A DNA stretch of 64,000 bases from Haliotis rufescens (lineage: Eukaryota). The DNA is taken from positions 26,908,001 through 26,972,000 of the forward strand of contig NW_025964001.1 of the NCBI RefSeq assembly GCF_023055435.1. The letters run 5' to 3'. Positions 48,328 to 63,310 of this stretch are shown in pieces. The position numbers and the translations under genes are program-made. The notes under the pieces are model-generated. The model saw nothing but the letters and a program-made list of their open reading frames with translations, had not been told where the DNA came from and ran no database searches. Position 1 is the first letter of the stretch. Every line of letters begins with the position of its first letter.

Positions 48328-51300
48328 CTGAAACACAAATAAGTAGGTTTAGTTTGGTAAATAATCATGTCAAACAGATGAAACAAAGAAAATGGTGAAA
48401 CATTTACCACAGATGTCAATCAGATGCAATACAAGTGACCATACAAAAACCTTAGTGCAGACTCTGTAGTTCTTGAGAACTCATGAGTGAAAACATTTTT
48501 CGGCTTCCATTACCAATATTCTATCCATTTAAAGAATGGTCTTCACTCATGTGAAAATGCGTTGATTTATACATTCTCATGAAATATTACCTATCATATC
48601 ACAGATCAACTGTAACTAGAAATCATTCATTTTTCATCCAACAGGTCAGAAAATTCCCATCCATATAATATAAAACGTCCGTCATCGCGGGAGAAAAACT
48701 AGTCTTGATTATCCTCCCCCTCCCTCAAACAGATTCCATTGTGCATAAAAGGCAAAAAAGCAGTGAAAATTATACGAATGGATCACTGAAAATTAGTGAT
48801 GACACCAGTTACTCCCAGTTAATGGATCATAAAATATCAATTTCACATGAAGAAAAATCACAGGTTTCAGTCTATTCTGAAGTCCTCCTAAACCATTCAG
48901 TCTTCTGACAGCCTAAGGACATCGTCCGTCAGTATAAAGAGACCCGTCTTTCACTGCAGGGACTCTGATTCTCAACCGAAAATAAACCACTCCATGCAAG
49001 TGTATGTGATTCCGTATCTCATGGGGATTTAGGTATTGTCAATATTCGAAATAAAACCTCTCTTAACTAAATCAATATCCAGCAATTTCTGTCAAATCGG
49101 TGCTAACAACAGATTGCTTGAAGCTAAAGATGGGGAGATTGAGCATGGAGGGGCCAATACCAACTTGGATTCTGTCTGCAGAATGTCTTATTAGTAACAC
49201 AGACAAAGTGATCTGGAAAACTCGGAAATGATTAAAGAAGCAATTACAGGAAAAACTCTGAGCAATACAAAAGTAATACAACACATGAATCTTAATTAAC
49301 CATTGTGTAATGATGCAAAACAACTAATTCCTTTTCAAATATATTTTACACAAAGTTTTAATCATAAACTTGCTGGAAAGAGCTACGTCTTCAGAAACCA
49401 ATAACTGTTATGGAAATTTCAAAGCACATATCAACTTGAAATACTATGAAGCATGTTGGGTATTGGCCATGTTTTACATCATGATGCTGGTCCATGTTTG
49501 ACGCACAAAGTGTTACACGACAAGACATTGCTGGCAATCAAAAACCAACAATAAAAGCTACAATGATAAATTCACAAAATGTCATATTGAAACAATGCAA
49601 ACAATCTACCTTAATAACAATCAGCAAATTCCTGTGTGAGTTCAAAGACACTGACGTATTATCCCATACAATATTCACCATCAAACAAAACTACGGAAAG
49701 CGTCATAATGATGCGAACACTCTGCCGATGTATTCTCTCCAGCAACGGCAGGGAGCATTCGGATGATTTGACAGGGAAAGTTCGGCTAACAAGCATAAAT
49801 GACGTGTCTCCTCCTATTGAGGTAATTGTGTTGCCCGAGTTATCACATCAACAGGTTAAATCAGTTTACTTGCCACATACAGCACCACTGGCCTATCATG
49901 GTCAATGGACTAATTGCAGGGTCCATTTCAGGCGTGTCTTCCTATATTGATAGAGGTGTGAGCATGTTATGAACAAAGATGGGTCTACAGTCCAACCGTC
50001 TCCCAGTGGACACGTCAAGGACAGTGCTACAGAAGGTGCTCCTGACTTGTGACATTGGTTGGTGTATGGGGGAAAGAGGGAACAAAGGATGTCTGGGATT
50101 ACGATGACAGCATGAAAGGGTATCTTCAGAATAGTTCTATTGCCAATTAGACAAAGATAACCCCGGACATCTTACATGATGTAACCTCAACATGTCATAA
50201 AGTTCAAGGAATATTTCCATCTAATTAGAACGAAATTAGCTTTGATGTCTTACATATTGCAAGCTCAATATTTCACAAAGTTCCCATGGGGACATGACTT
50301 TGAGATAATAGTGAGAATGTATTGTATAAGTCCTAGTTGTTAGAATCAATATACCACCCCTGTGTATACGACCATACATAGCACACTCATGTTATGCATT
50401 TCCAAGGTTGGAAACAATGTGACGATAAGATCATAAGTGAAAACAAGGGAGAGAGCAGGTAATAAGATAATTGCAAATTTGGAGCCATTTCGTTTATGGG
50501 AACACCATGAGTTTGTTTAAAAAATATTACACTGTGATTGAAAGAGCTGCAGCCTGCCATGTATTGTTAAGCAGTCTTTGTATTCTTGGTAACCATTGAA
50601 GTCTTCTGTCCTATTTTCTAAGGAATATATTTTGAGAATAACCAACGAGCAATCTCAGAATTACGAATTATCTATCCTGAGTAAAGCAATGGTATTAATC
50701 CTGAACCTTTGGCTAGGGACTTACAGCGTTCATTCACGAGGGACAGATAATCTGTAAATCTCAGTTCCGAGGTTATTCTATATTACTTATTGACATTTTC
50801 AGAGAATATGAAGAAAAAACAAATAAAATGTCAACCCTCCAGAGAAACTTCACTAATGGCAGCCTATCATTCAGATGACTTATGGAATCAATTTTTGACA
50901 TAGACTTACATTTAGTCCCTGAAATGAAGTTATATTATTTAAAAATTTATATCTACAAAATAAGAAAATTAATCCAAATGGAGCCCAGAACTTAATTCTG
51001 GAGCTGGGGCAATTAAGACTTGCCAAACCATTCTAGACTTGAATTGGATTAATGTTTTAATTTATTCTCTAGAGACTGGGAGAAATACTAGACCAGACAT
51101 TCAAAACGAGAAATGGCAGAAAAACATCATTATCATGAACTCCTGACTCATCCAGATCTTCTCACCGGTAACTGGCACACCTGATACAGGTGAAAAGATG
51201 TCCTTCCAAGGTGTACATCATCAGTCAGCTTCACGTCATGTCAACATTGACAGCAAACAAACACAAGACGGCACATGATGTTGATAAAGTGTTACAAAAG

Positions 51301-51540
51301 AACACCTGGCAATAACTGTAAAAGTTGTAGGAAAATCTATGTAACTAACTTTCAGAAAACATAAAATAATTTCACAGGTAACATCTCTGGATAACAAATT
51401 ACCGATCAAACATATTTGTAGATAATATTTTATCTTATGATGATCATGAGAAAACTTGTCAACACTAACTCTTGTTAATTCTAAAAAAATCATCACATCA
51501 ATACCGGTACTCAAAGAGAAGACACTCAAATGTCCTCTCA

Positions 51541-51890
51541 ACCATGAGAAACTTTATAACAAAATTCATCACAATGTCAGACGCTGATCAATGTTGCAAT
51601 ATACATCTTGAGAAGACATTGTAATGTCATCCTCGACCATGAGAAACTTTATAACATAATTCATCACAATTTCAGACGATGGTCAATGTTGCAATATACA
51701 TCTTGAGAAGACATTGTAATGTCATCCTCGACCATGAGAAACTTTATAACATAATTCATCACAATGTCAGACGATGGTCAATGTTGCAATGTACATCTTG
51801 AGCATGTTGAGAAGACATTGTAATGCCATTCTCGGTCATGAGAAACTTTCACATAAATCATCCCTATGTCAGATGAAGGTTTAAGCTGTA
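51541..51890. repeat. 95-bp tandem repeat, ~3.5 copies
   Basis: ACCATGAGAAACTTTATAAC recurs at 51541, 51636 and 51731, with a variant near 51835. Confidence 0.92.
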
Positions 51891-52556
51891 ATGGACATCT
51901 TGGGAAGATATCCCCGAACAGGAGAAACCCTACAACCATCATCGCCATTATCACATACCTTGTCTGTTGCATAAATCTGTTATCAAACATTAACCAGGCT
52001 TATGTTCCAAGCAAGAACACCCTTCACTCGTATCCCAAGCAAGCCACTGACTACACATCTGTTCAAGCGGAGTCAGTGTCTGTAACGGTGACTCCTCCAC
52101 CTGCCTGGGGCTTCAACTACTACCCGGCAGGTAGCTGGGGTCAGTGTTGAGCGAGTGTCCTGACTCTGTGCCTCCAGCCTCACAGCCCAAGGCCAACACA
52201 TACTGCCTATAGGAATGTACGATCACTGAATGTCTCACCAATAGGCATGTGAGATATTCCTATTTGTTTACATCTCATTAATCATTATTTGGAAATATTT
52301 CGTCATTGATTTCATTTTACACATCATTCGGAGTTTGTAGCTCTGTGCCTCTTTGCAGAGATATCAAGAACAATCCAGCAAACACATTTGAGAGTGAGTT
52401 GAGATTAACACTACCTATAATATTATGTCAGTGAATTCATGCCGTGTCAGCATTAGTGAGTTGTGGAGTAAGATCACAGGTGTCAGCTTAATGTGGAGAT
52501 AAGCCCAAAGTAACACTGATCCTACGACTTTCCTGAAACACTAGTACGGTAAGGTG

Positions 52557-52902
52557 AGGTGAAATGAGGTTTAACGTCGCATCCAAGATTATTGCACTAA
52601 TATAGAGACGTGCATGTACGTGTGTGTGTTTGTGTGGCTGCTTGTACTAGCCTGGACTGATGCCGATTTATAGTGCTAGCTCACTGAGATACCATGCCGC
52701 AGTTTAACATGAATACCCCACTCAGATACAGTATACTGACTCCGAGCCGACTGGTCCTTGTTTTAGCCCCTTAATGCCGAGCGCCAGACAGGGTAACAAC
52801 AAGTACCATCTTTTAACGTCTTTTGGTATGACTCGTCCGGGGATCGAACCCCGGACGTTCCGCTCTCCGGGCGGACGCTCTACCACTAGACCACGGAGGC
52901 GG
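52557..52902 (-). mobile_element. SINE family D, near-intact, nested in a family C remnant
   Basis: A box TGGTCTAGTGG, B box GGTTCGATCCC, and a ~19-bp TSD ACACTAGYAYGGTAAGGTG. Confidence 0.9.
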
Positions 52903-53814
52903 TACACTAGCATGGTAAGGTGCTGATAGATTATTGCAATTAGAGTAAATCTACCACTTTCATGAAACACCAGCACGGTACGGTGCTGATAGACTCAGTA
53001 ATGTTATTAGAGTAAATCTGGGATTCAAACTAATTGATCCTAGCACAGCTGGACCATGCCCCCGCAATAGAACATGAAGTAGTAGAATAAATCATTTCTA
53101 GTGTATTACTCAAAATAATATTCTCAGATGCTTGTGATTATTTGATGGAACAAATAAAAGCAGTCAAAATGAAACCATCAATAACGACTTGCATCTTTGA
53201 AACCATCATCTCATTAACTTCAGTCTAATAAAATAAAGGATTGATAAAAAAATACATGAACAAAGATCTGTAAATGCTGTTCTGAGAAATTGCAGGTGGT
53301 CATCCACTGAGCTTCAATAACTCTGTTCCTGTCAGACACTCATGTAACAAAACTATCAGTAGAACACAGCCAGGCTTGTTCGGGGCAAGCAGGCTCTAAT
53401 TAAATCAGGAACAGGTACTGGGGTCATCTCACTGGATCCAATGCGATAACAGTCTATCTGACCCATGGTCAAGTCTGTGTCCAGGTTGAAGGTCAGGGTG
53501 TGGTGTTTACTGGTCTGGGGGGGTTAGCGGTCTATCTCTAATTGTCTGGGATGGGACCAGCTCCATCAGCTGCCTGGACAACACTTAATTCTACTTGACA
53601 TCCCCCATGGTGGCCATACCTGCTGATAGGCAGAAAGGTCAGGTGCATAAGCCTTGGGAGTGAAGGAGCCAAGGAGTTTTATGCATTTACAAAAGTCCCT
53701 TGTGAAAATTACACAGGAACTGATGTGATAATTTGATTGATGTAAGGTTCTAAATCCCTTTTGGAACAAAATCAATCCTCACATGAAATCTATTGCTGGA
53801 AGTTAAAAAAAAAT

Positions 53815-54280
53815 GAGGTGGGTGAAATAGGATTTAATGTTGCGTTCAAGATTATTGTATGATTATTGATTGATTATACCNNNNNNNNNNNNNNNNNNNN
53901 NNNNNNNNNNNNNNNNNNNNNNNNNNNNNNNNNNNNNNNNNNNNNNNNNNNNNNNNNNNNNNNNNNNNNNNNNNNNNNNNNNNNNNNNNNNNNNNNNNNN
54001 NNNNNNNNNNNNNNNNNNACTAATGCTGATGTAATAGTTCTAGCTCACTTAGATACCATGCCACAGTTAAACATGAATATCCCATTCAGACTCAGTACAC
54101 ACTGACTGAGCTGACCAGTCCCCTTGTTTTAGCCCCTTATTGGTGACCACCAGGCAGGGTAACAACAAATACCATCATTTAATGTCTTTTTGGTAAGACA
54201 CAGCCAGGTATCGAACATCCGACAGTCTGTGTCCCCTCCCCCCCTCTCTCTCCAGGCGGACGCTCTACTACCACAAACCA
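53815..54280 (-). mobile_element. SINE family D spanning the assembly gap (53881-54018)
   Basis: The tail lies left of the gap; body and head lie right of it. Confidence 0.75.
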
Positions 54281-54419
54281 CTTTCCAAAAATGAAGAAGA
54301 TGGTAGGTTTCGCTGACTTTGAGAGAATTCATGATCAGTCTGGTTTTGATGAACCATTGGGTTTATAGTGGGGAGGAAACTGGGACTCAAACCCACAGCC
54401 AGGAGATCCTGGCAATTGG

Positions 54420-54680
54420 GTGAGTGGGTGGGTGAGTGAGTGAGTGAGTGAGTTTAATGCTGCTGGGAACATTATTTCAGTTACATCAAGCCCTGATGAT
54501 GTGGGACCACATGATGCAGGTCTCAGACATTTACCACTTTGGTGAAACTCTGATATGGTGCTTACAACCCAAGAAATGTAATCAGGGCAAGCTGAGACAT
54601 GACACCACAATCACAGGTTTCTGGCACACCAAAGGGATACAACTCTACACGGTTATTCTGGTGCCCTTGACAACTGGAAA
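54420..54680 (-). mobile_element. SINE family C, diverged
   Basis: Colinear with 34292-34567. Confidence 0.72.
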
Positions 54681-54920
54681 GTGTCATGCCAGGGGTTGAT
54701 AGACTGGAAGCCCTCCATGTGTCACAGAGAATGCCTGAAGGGTGTCAGTGGGTGTTACAAGTGTTTTATGGTGGCCTAAGTTTACCTGTGTAAACCCGAG
54801 GCAAACAATGGGAATATCGACCCATACCAGTAGGGTTTGTTGACACGATATCTCCAGATTGCCTGTGAGATATGTTCCATACTGTCCTAGTTTGTCATAA
54901 TATGGACTGTAAAAACATAG

Positions 54921-55277
54921 GTGAGGTGAAATGGGGTTTAACGTCGCGTCCAAGATTATTGCACATATATAGTGATGTGCATGTACGTGTGTGTGTGTTT
55001 GTGTTTGTGTGGCTGCTTGTACTAGTTCGGAATGATGCCGATTTATAGTGCTAGATCACTGAGATACCATGCCACAATTTAACATGAATACCCCACTCAG
55101 ACACAGTATACTGACTCCGAGCTGACCAGTCCTTGTTTTAGCCCCTTAATGCCGAGCGCCAGACAGGGTAACAACAACTACCATCTTTTAACGTCTTTGG
55201 TATGACGCGGCTGCGGATTGAACCCCTGACCTTCCGTTCTCCAGGCGGACCTTCTACCACTCGACCACGGAGGCGGT
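54921..55277 (-). mobile_element. SINE family D
   Basis: TSD GTAAAAACATAG. A further partial copy follows at about 55340-55545. Confidence 0.88.
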
Positions 55278-55631
55278 CTCGTAAAAACATAGACACAGAT
55301 AACAAGGTCACCTTTTCATGATGTAATCAATGTCTGATGTGTGAGGTGAGGTGAAATGGAGTTTCACATTCCCTCATACATGCATGCAGTGGTCTGGCTG
55401 CTTGTACTCATCTGGAAGGGCCAGTTGTACAATGCTAGCCAACAGAGGTACCATGCCGCTGTTTAACATGGATACCCCACTCAGACAGAGTATATTGACT
55501 CCGAGCCAACCTGCCCTTGTTTTATACCCTTAATGCTGTGTGTCAATCTGGGTTAAACTCATGCCATATATGACAATCATGTAGTCAGCCGTCAAATTTC
55601 AATTAGCCAAAGAATACTAAATCATACTGAG

Positions 55632-55978
55632 TGAGTGAGTGAGTGAGTGAGTGAGTGAGTGAGTGAGTGAGTGAGTGAGTGAGTGCGTGCGTGAGTGAGT
55701 GAGTGAGTGAGTGAGTGAGTGAGTCAGGTTTAACGCCGCTTTTAACAGTATTCCATTTATATCGTGAAGTGTCAGCTTGATGTGGGAGGAAAGCCCCAAG
55801 TGATGCAGGCCACTTTGGTGAAACCTACGAGCACGGGTATGGTGCTGACAAACCTAGAAACATAGATGGGGCAAACCAGGATTCAAACCCACATTCATAG
55901 GTTTCTGGCATGCCTAAGGGACGCAACTCTGCACAGCAAATTGCAGTGTCATAGACGACTGGGCCACCCGTGCCCCCC
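55632..55978 (-). mobile_element. SINE family C with expanded (ACTC)n tail
   Basis: TSD TAAATCRTACTGAG and ~95 bp of (GAGT)n. Confidence 0.88.
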
Positions 55979-58776
55979 TAAATCGTACTGAGGACTACAA
56001 AAAATGCAATGATGGTAGTCCTCAGCGACTTGAAACACTTGATGGCTATTTTTCTCCATGCGATGATTTAAACAGATCAGTCTTAATGGACGAGTTACAA
56101 ACTGTAAGGACTTGTGTAATAAGTTTTGCACTTGTTCTTTGGACAACTCTTACAAAATTAACCAGAATTTCAGAGACTGTACAATGAGTCAGTGAGCATT
56201 AGCAGAAATTCAGAAATACCATGTCTAAGAAAAATGGGCTTCACACATTGTACCCATGTGGGGAACTGAACATGGCCTTTGGCGAGAAGCGTGAACACTT
56301 TAACCACTTGGCTACCCCTCTACAGCTGACAGTCATTGATAATGACACAGCTTAGCCATTCCTTGGATGTCATGTGTCAACATAATGTAAATAGTCAGAC
56401 CATTACATAGCTACACAGCTGTTTGAATGTTTCTATGAATTCATAAAACACATCAGAATCTGCTCTGGAAACATAACATCTGTGCAACCATCTGTTACTA
56501 GGCTTACTTTCAACATGCAAATTAGAGTCAGGTTAATTGAAAATATAGACTCACTATAATAATGTAGCTTTGTTATATTCAGACAATGCCTGTGACATTG
56601 TTTCAAACAGCTGAAATATAGCTGGAAGAACATTAACATTGACAGTCTCACCATCCTCACCAAACACTGGTGTTCATATTCTGACATACAAATACACACT
56701 TATACAACAATTCTCTAAGATATCTGACAACTTACTGAATTGCGAGCATGCAACAGTGAAGATCACTGTGGAGATTACAAAGCAAAAACACAATGACCTG
56801 AAATTAGGCCCACAGTTGTTCACGAAGATTCCTGGTGGAGATAGATATCAAACCACGCTGGAATGTGCATGCCATTAGATCCAGTCCTGATGGACAACCT
56901 CTGGTCATTGTTCCACCACAAGCACAGGGACTAGGTCAGACACTGATAGACATCCACATTAACTGTCACTTGGTCCCTGATTTCTAGCTGTTTGCTTGCA
57001 ACATAGACAATGATTGGATATACAACCTAATTAGGCAGGAGCCACAGCTTTGCATCATCACTATCAATTCTGACCTGACTCTCATATGAATAGGGAAGTC
57101 TTCCTCCCAGCCCCTGGAGAACAAATTAAGAAAGGAATCCAACTCAAGTCTAGAATTATTTGGCAAGTTTAGATTGCCTCGATCAGAAATTCAGCATTAT
57201 GTTCTGTGCTCAATTTGGGTTATATTAATAAATATGATAACTTTATTTCTGGGATGAATAGGGCTGTATTGATTCTGGGACATCATGGCATCTAGCTATA
57301 TGTGAAACAAATTCAAGCTGGTAAATAAATTGTTAGTGGTATGTGAGAGTTCACTGTTACTTTAAATCACTTAAGTTTATTGAAATAATTTGTTGGGTTT
57401 CTCTCTTACGATGGACACGCTATGGCTCAATATAGAATACTGTTTTAAAGTATTGTATACATATCATATTGTATCACAACCATACTACATTTCATATCAG
57501 GCAAAAATGTAATGTAAAGGCACACTTATAACTCTCTCATACAAACCCAGAAACAAAAATAGCCAAAAATTCCGATGCAAGTCTACAACAGTTTGTCAAG
57601 TCTAGAATATTATTTCAGTATCAATATGATCAAGGTCTCTGAAAATGAGGAAATTCTCTGAGCTATTTTCTATATGATCACACAATTTGAAAAATGGAAA
57701 ATCTTAAAATCTTTCCATTTCAGAGACTAAATATTGTCTACAGACCAATCATTGATTTGTGTTTATTTATTTCAGTACCCCTGGCCCATCAATAACATGA
57801 TCATCCAACTCCAATTTAACAGAATCATATCAAAATCTATGAACCAACAATGCAACAGAGTCAAATTGTCTTTCAAAACAAATAACACATAGAGCCCCAA
57901 TCTTCAAAACAACATACCGGTACACAAATAAATATGTTGTCATACCTCTTAAGCCACAAACATGTCTGATTCATAAAGCTTCAGCTCAGAAAAAAGTTTT
58001 TCATCCTCGTTAGTGCTGACTTATCAAAGGAGCCATCACGCTCAGTCATCTTCACAAAGTACATCAACATTACTGTGCCTTGCTTTAGAAAGGTTAATTG
58101 TGAGGAACTTTCCTACAGCGATTGATGACTAATCTCATGAACGATACAAGGGGCAGCTACAAGATTCATATTACTGTAGCACACTAATTTAATGTTTTAT
58201 TAGCTATTCTGCAACATTATAAATAAGCATAGAGTCTGATACAAAGTGAACACATTCTCAGACATTTTAGTACTCTTGTATCAACATACAACCACTAATT
58301 AATTAATGCATCTGGATCATTTCAATCTGAAAACTGCAAAACGATACTGTAGCTAGCGATAAAAATAAAACTGCATCGCAACACTTAATATTGCATGGTA
58401 TCTTATTCTGAAAATGTACCTTGATTTCATTAAGAATACAAAAAGTTTGCTCTCAATCTACGGAGACAAACTGCCGTATCACTAAAACAATATAACACCA
58501 TTAATGAAAGTCGATTAGTTCATTACTAAAATATTCATGATCTACCTCGTAATCTAGTATCTCATGCAGACGGTGAAACAAAAAATGATAAAGGAGGCAT
58601 ATACTCCAAACCGTTGTGTAAAAATAAAGAAGTTGACATCTATAAATTCTCTTCCTTATGTGTATCACTTCTAAATGCCTTTCAAAGACATGGAAACTGC
58701 TGTCCAATCAGCTCTACAAGACCAAAGCAACTCTAGATTCTTCAGTTCTGGACTCCTTTCTATTATACCATGTATA

Positions 58777-58958
58777 CAGTAAACTATGGTTATAACGAAC
58801 TCAACATTATGCTCAAAGGGAACACTAATTTAAGTTTGTTATAACCGTAGTTTGTTATAAGCATATACAGCATATGTACAGCAAATGGCTGGGACCAAAA
58901 AATAAGTTTGTTATATCCGTCAGTTCGTTATAAGCATGTTAATAAACATAGTTTACTG
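58777..58958. mobile_element. Tigger-like MITE
   Basis: TA|CAGTAAACTATG ... CATAGTTTACTG|TA with internal GTTATA repeats. Confidence 0.8.
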
Positions 58959-59056
58959 TATGTCAAAGACAATCTAATCAAAATCATGATTAAAAATAAA
59001 ATTAAAATAATTTGATTGAGAGACTAGATGTCAGCCTACTGGTAAGGTGGACCTAC

Positions 59057-59120
59057 CCTGGCGGTGTGATTGGGCCTGCTCTTCCCCACTCTGCAGGGTT
59101 CCTACTACATACACATACAT
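59057..59120 (-). CDS. MPP5: Candidate first coding exon of a long MPP5 isoform
   Basis: MYVYVVGTLQSGEEQAQSHRQ plus G|GTAGGT. The phase-1 donor matches the phase-1 acceptor at 48327. No homology support. Confidence 0.35.
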
Positions 59121-62100
59121 GATCCACTCCCTGGAATCTCAGGAACTACACTACAAACACATTATGGTGACCTCCGACACGTACTGGTGTTGGTTCATTG
59201 TTTCCACAGCAGTGGTGACAGATTTATGTTTCCAACCACTGCCACCATGTCAGCCATGTTGGGGGTCAGGAGGAGGAACGGACATACTTCATCACATTGC
59301 TGTACGTCCCGGATCACAACACTGATCACCCTGGCCGCTTCAACACTGGATAGCACGAGAGTTGTTACACAGTGATAATCCTCTGCTCCATCAAACAGGA
59401 AGAACTAATATTTCATATCCACACACCAAAACTCATCCGTGATAAAACACAAAGCCACTGTATTCAGGATAATCCAAATGTCCAAAGAAATATAATTGTT
59501 GTCTGATATCTTCCACCACCTCTGAGCTAGGCTGGTGCTATCTCCTGGTTGATTCAGATTCTGGAAAACTGATATCAATGTACCTGGTTATAAAAACATC
59601 CTTAACCAAAACCCACTGTGTTTAGAATTCTGAAGTCATCCATGGGCAACGTTATCAGCCCAACTGTCTGATTCTCCCATCACCTTGGAACAAAGTAGCA
59701 TTCCAGCAGCTCAACACCATATCCTTGTAGATCTATAAATGTTCACTGAAGAGCAAACTTAAATCATTCATCAGCTTGCAGAATGGTTCTTCAACCAGAC
59801 ACAGTCAAGGTCACACAAGACTGGAAACAAACTGTCCCGTCACTCATGGAGTGTCGCAGGAGAATAGCTGATGTTCTAGTCTGAGCATAGAACCCCTGCA
59901 GGGCACATGCATGTAACTAGGCATATACGACCTTTGATGTCACGCTTTAATTAGTCTCTAAGAACAAAGGGCTTACTCAACCAAGTTGATGCTCTCCACA
60001 CTGAATCACTGCCTGTTATATCACACTATAGATAACACCAATACGATGAAACATGTTCCTCCAGCTCTGATGTGTATTACTCTTTTCAATCTGTCCTATC
60101 ATTCATCTGTGATCTCTGCATGCAACATGTAGAACTTGATAGCATTGGGGCAATGTTGACCGAGTCTGACAGCTGGGTTCCACCCACGCTGAAATCCTTC
60201 TCTGTACCATAAACATGATAAAAAAAAATCCAGTTGATAAGAGGATGTTCCAAGGCAACCCTACACTGGTAATTGCTGATATGAAGTTGGTTCTGATAGT
60301 CACACGTGTATGTTTGCCCACATCAATCAGAACAGTTTATAACTGAGAGAGATTACATGTGTTCTCAGGCAGGGATCAGGACATTGGTTGTAGTTTTCTA
60401 TAACTACAGGCAATTAAGAACAGACAGATATCCTATTGTCCTGATAATGGTATTTCATCTGTACTACCTGGTGATTGTACCACCAAAGTCAGTGTTTCCA
60501 TCTGAGACCAAACCGTGGCCTTTGCAGCTAATTAATAAAATATTCAGGTCTGTGATCACTGGCTGTTACCTGACACGCTTGCAGCAAAATGTTTGGGGAA
60601 AATCCATACCTTTATCTGGAACTAACTAGAGACAACGTTTTCTCAGGAAACATTATCCAATTTTCTGAAACAGTATCAATTGGAAGAAAAGACTATCTAT
60701 CCTGAACAAAGTTTCCCTTTCATCAGATGAGCCTCCAGACAACAGAGGCCATGAGTCATTTGATGTATTCCTCTGTGGTATTGTAAACTATACAATACTT
60801 CAGTCAGTAGGCCTGCTCCATGTGGAACAAAATGACACAATATCTTAGCAACCACTTACAGAATTGGTTTGCAACAAGTCATTCAATGTTTATTCTCTGT
60901 ATGTTGCCTAACGAACCGTGCAATAATTCAGTCAGCAATAAAACTCCCTGCTGAACAAAATGGTACAATATCTGACAATATTCTCACTGTAAGCATTCCA
61001 GAGTCGGCATGTTTATTGCTGTGTTTTCCTTGACCAGATGGCAAGTTATCAGAGATCCCACTCCACTGTATATCAGCTAGACACCAGCTGAAAACCAATC
61101 ACGTCTTTGGGAAACATCTAAATAGATCAGCAGAGTTCTGTTGTATGAAAATGTTGGCTTTGATGTAGAGGTTATCTCAAGCCTGTCTGCATGATGGCTT
61201 CCATTGCTACACTTGGCTATCATATCTGATATACCTCAGTAGAAACATATCCTATCAGGGCCTCACGAGGAGAAGGTTCATCACAAGAGTCAAGTAGGAT
61301 AGCTGTCTATTATCCACCTCCACACAACTCTTTGTAGTATGCAACAAGTCCAGTGAAAGTCCATGTGCAGGTTAATTGTATTCTTTAGCAAAGGTTGCTA
61401 AATTGGCATCACATAGTCACTGCTACTTCAACAACAGAAAACTGTAAAAACCTCAGGTAACTGCTGGTATTGGTGTCGACAAATTTTAAATCCTTTTTAC
61501 ACACATCAAAGTTTTAACCTGTATGATACCTGATCCGAACCAAGTACACATCTAAAGTACCAGGAATAATGCCCTATCGATGGCTGCCTGTACCATGTTG
61601 TACAGACTTGTGACAACCAGGAACTGTTTGCTGCATGTCGCCATCAGGTGTCACTGTGTCCTCCAGCAAGTGTCTCTACACACTTTGACATTTCACCACA
61701 GCGTTCGACTTCATGTAACATTTATATGCCAGTATGGTTGATTTTTTCATGGGAAGTCGTCAAGCAGGTTTCGAGTTTCACCTGTCCATTTGTCTGTATG
61801 TAAAAGCCTTCAAAGACCTTTAGAGAGACAGCCTCTCCCTTCTCCTGGATGCCCTTCCAGAAATGCTAGGCCAGTTGCTATACATATTACTGACCCCGTG
61901 CTTGTAGCTGTTCCAGATGACTTTCTCAGATACGTACAAGCATGTAGACTGTCACAATGAAATATGACACCACTGGTGTCCCATATTCTGGGTACATTTG
62001 ATTCACATCAATGGATACTTAAACTGAGTGACGTCCGCAGATGTTTCCCTATCCCATTCAGTCTATCCTTCAAAATATATTGAATTCATTTTGGTGTTCA

Positions 62101-63310
62101 TCTTCCAAATATACAAAAATATTGGCAACTTTAGAATCTTTTACAGACATCAATAATTGATAACAAATGGGATGTGAATTGCTAAAAAATGCATGACATA
62201 TTAGTATTAACTTCTCATATTACAAATACCAAAAGTGACACCAACCAAAACCTTTATACAGGTTCAAACGTATTAATTTTTACAAATTCACATCTCACAT
62301 ATTACAGGATTCCAGATAACAGATAACAGCCTGCAGCATCACCGTTTTCCTGAATTTAACACTTGAAGTTTGAAAGCCTTTTCAGAAGGTAGTTCTCCAG
62401 TGTATCTGTAGATCCAAAACAAACACACCCTGTCCACAACTCAAGGAAGCCCATAACTAAAGATGGACCATAACTCCAAGCAATTATCCTGAAATGGCCA
62501 ATGAAACGCTCACATCTGTGACCCTGCATGAAATGTTTACTCATCTCCTCCTAGGCTATCTTACTAGTTATACCACCCTGCCCGGGTTATATAATATACA
62601 GCGTTATCACACCCTGCTCATCTATATCAAATATTTGTCCAAGCTATTATTCAACTTGGCTGCGACTGAAGCTTAAGTAAACATCACATGGTTCAGTGTG
62701 TCATATCGTGGAGCTGGCCTCATAATTCCTTTTCCTTCAAACTGTTGGATGTTTCACAGCTTCTGCCACTTATGGTCACACGATGATCACCGAATCATAT
62801 CCATCAAGGGTAACCATCTTGGCAGGATTTATTTGCTGGTTGAATGTTGTTCATTAATCACATTACAGATACAATATTGATATGTATGTATTTATTCAAT
62901 GAATTAAAAAGTAAACTTACACATGACTTGATTTGCAGGTTATATAGAGGAGGAAGAGTTCAGGGCGGAATAATCAGACAACAGCGACATTTATGGAGAG
63001 GTAAAAATGATTCATGTGACAGTGCAAGTACAAATAACAGAGTGAGTGAGTGAGCGAACGAGTGCCGCTTTTAGCAATATTCCAGCAATATCACGGTGGG
63101 GGACACCAGAAGGATCTTGTTTTGTAATAAAATTGTCAGATACATGTGGTCAGCAGACATTCCAGAGTTCCTCGCCCATTGCCAAGCTTGACACAAGGCA
63201 GCCATAGAACTATCAACAAATAAGTCTGGTGCCTCACAGGGTAAGAAGAACTAAGTTTGCCTCACAAACATATTATATTCCCTTGAACAATTTACAACCT
63301 GGTCAATTTA

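Noticed and set aside
51959-51990. MFDNRFMQQTR as an MPP5 coding first exon
   Set aside because: Its donor is phase 2 but the 48327 acceptor needs phase 1, so it could only be non-coding.
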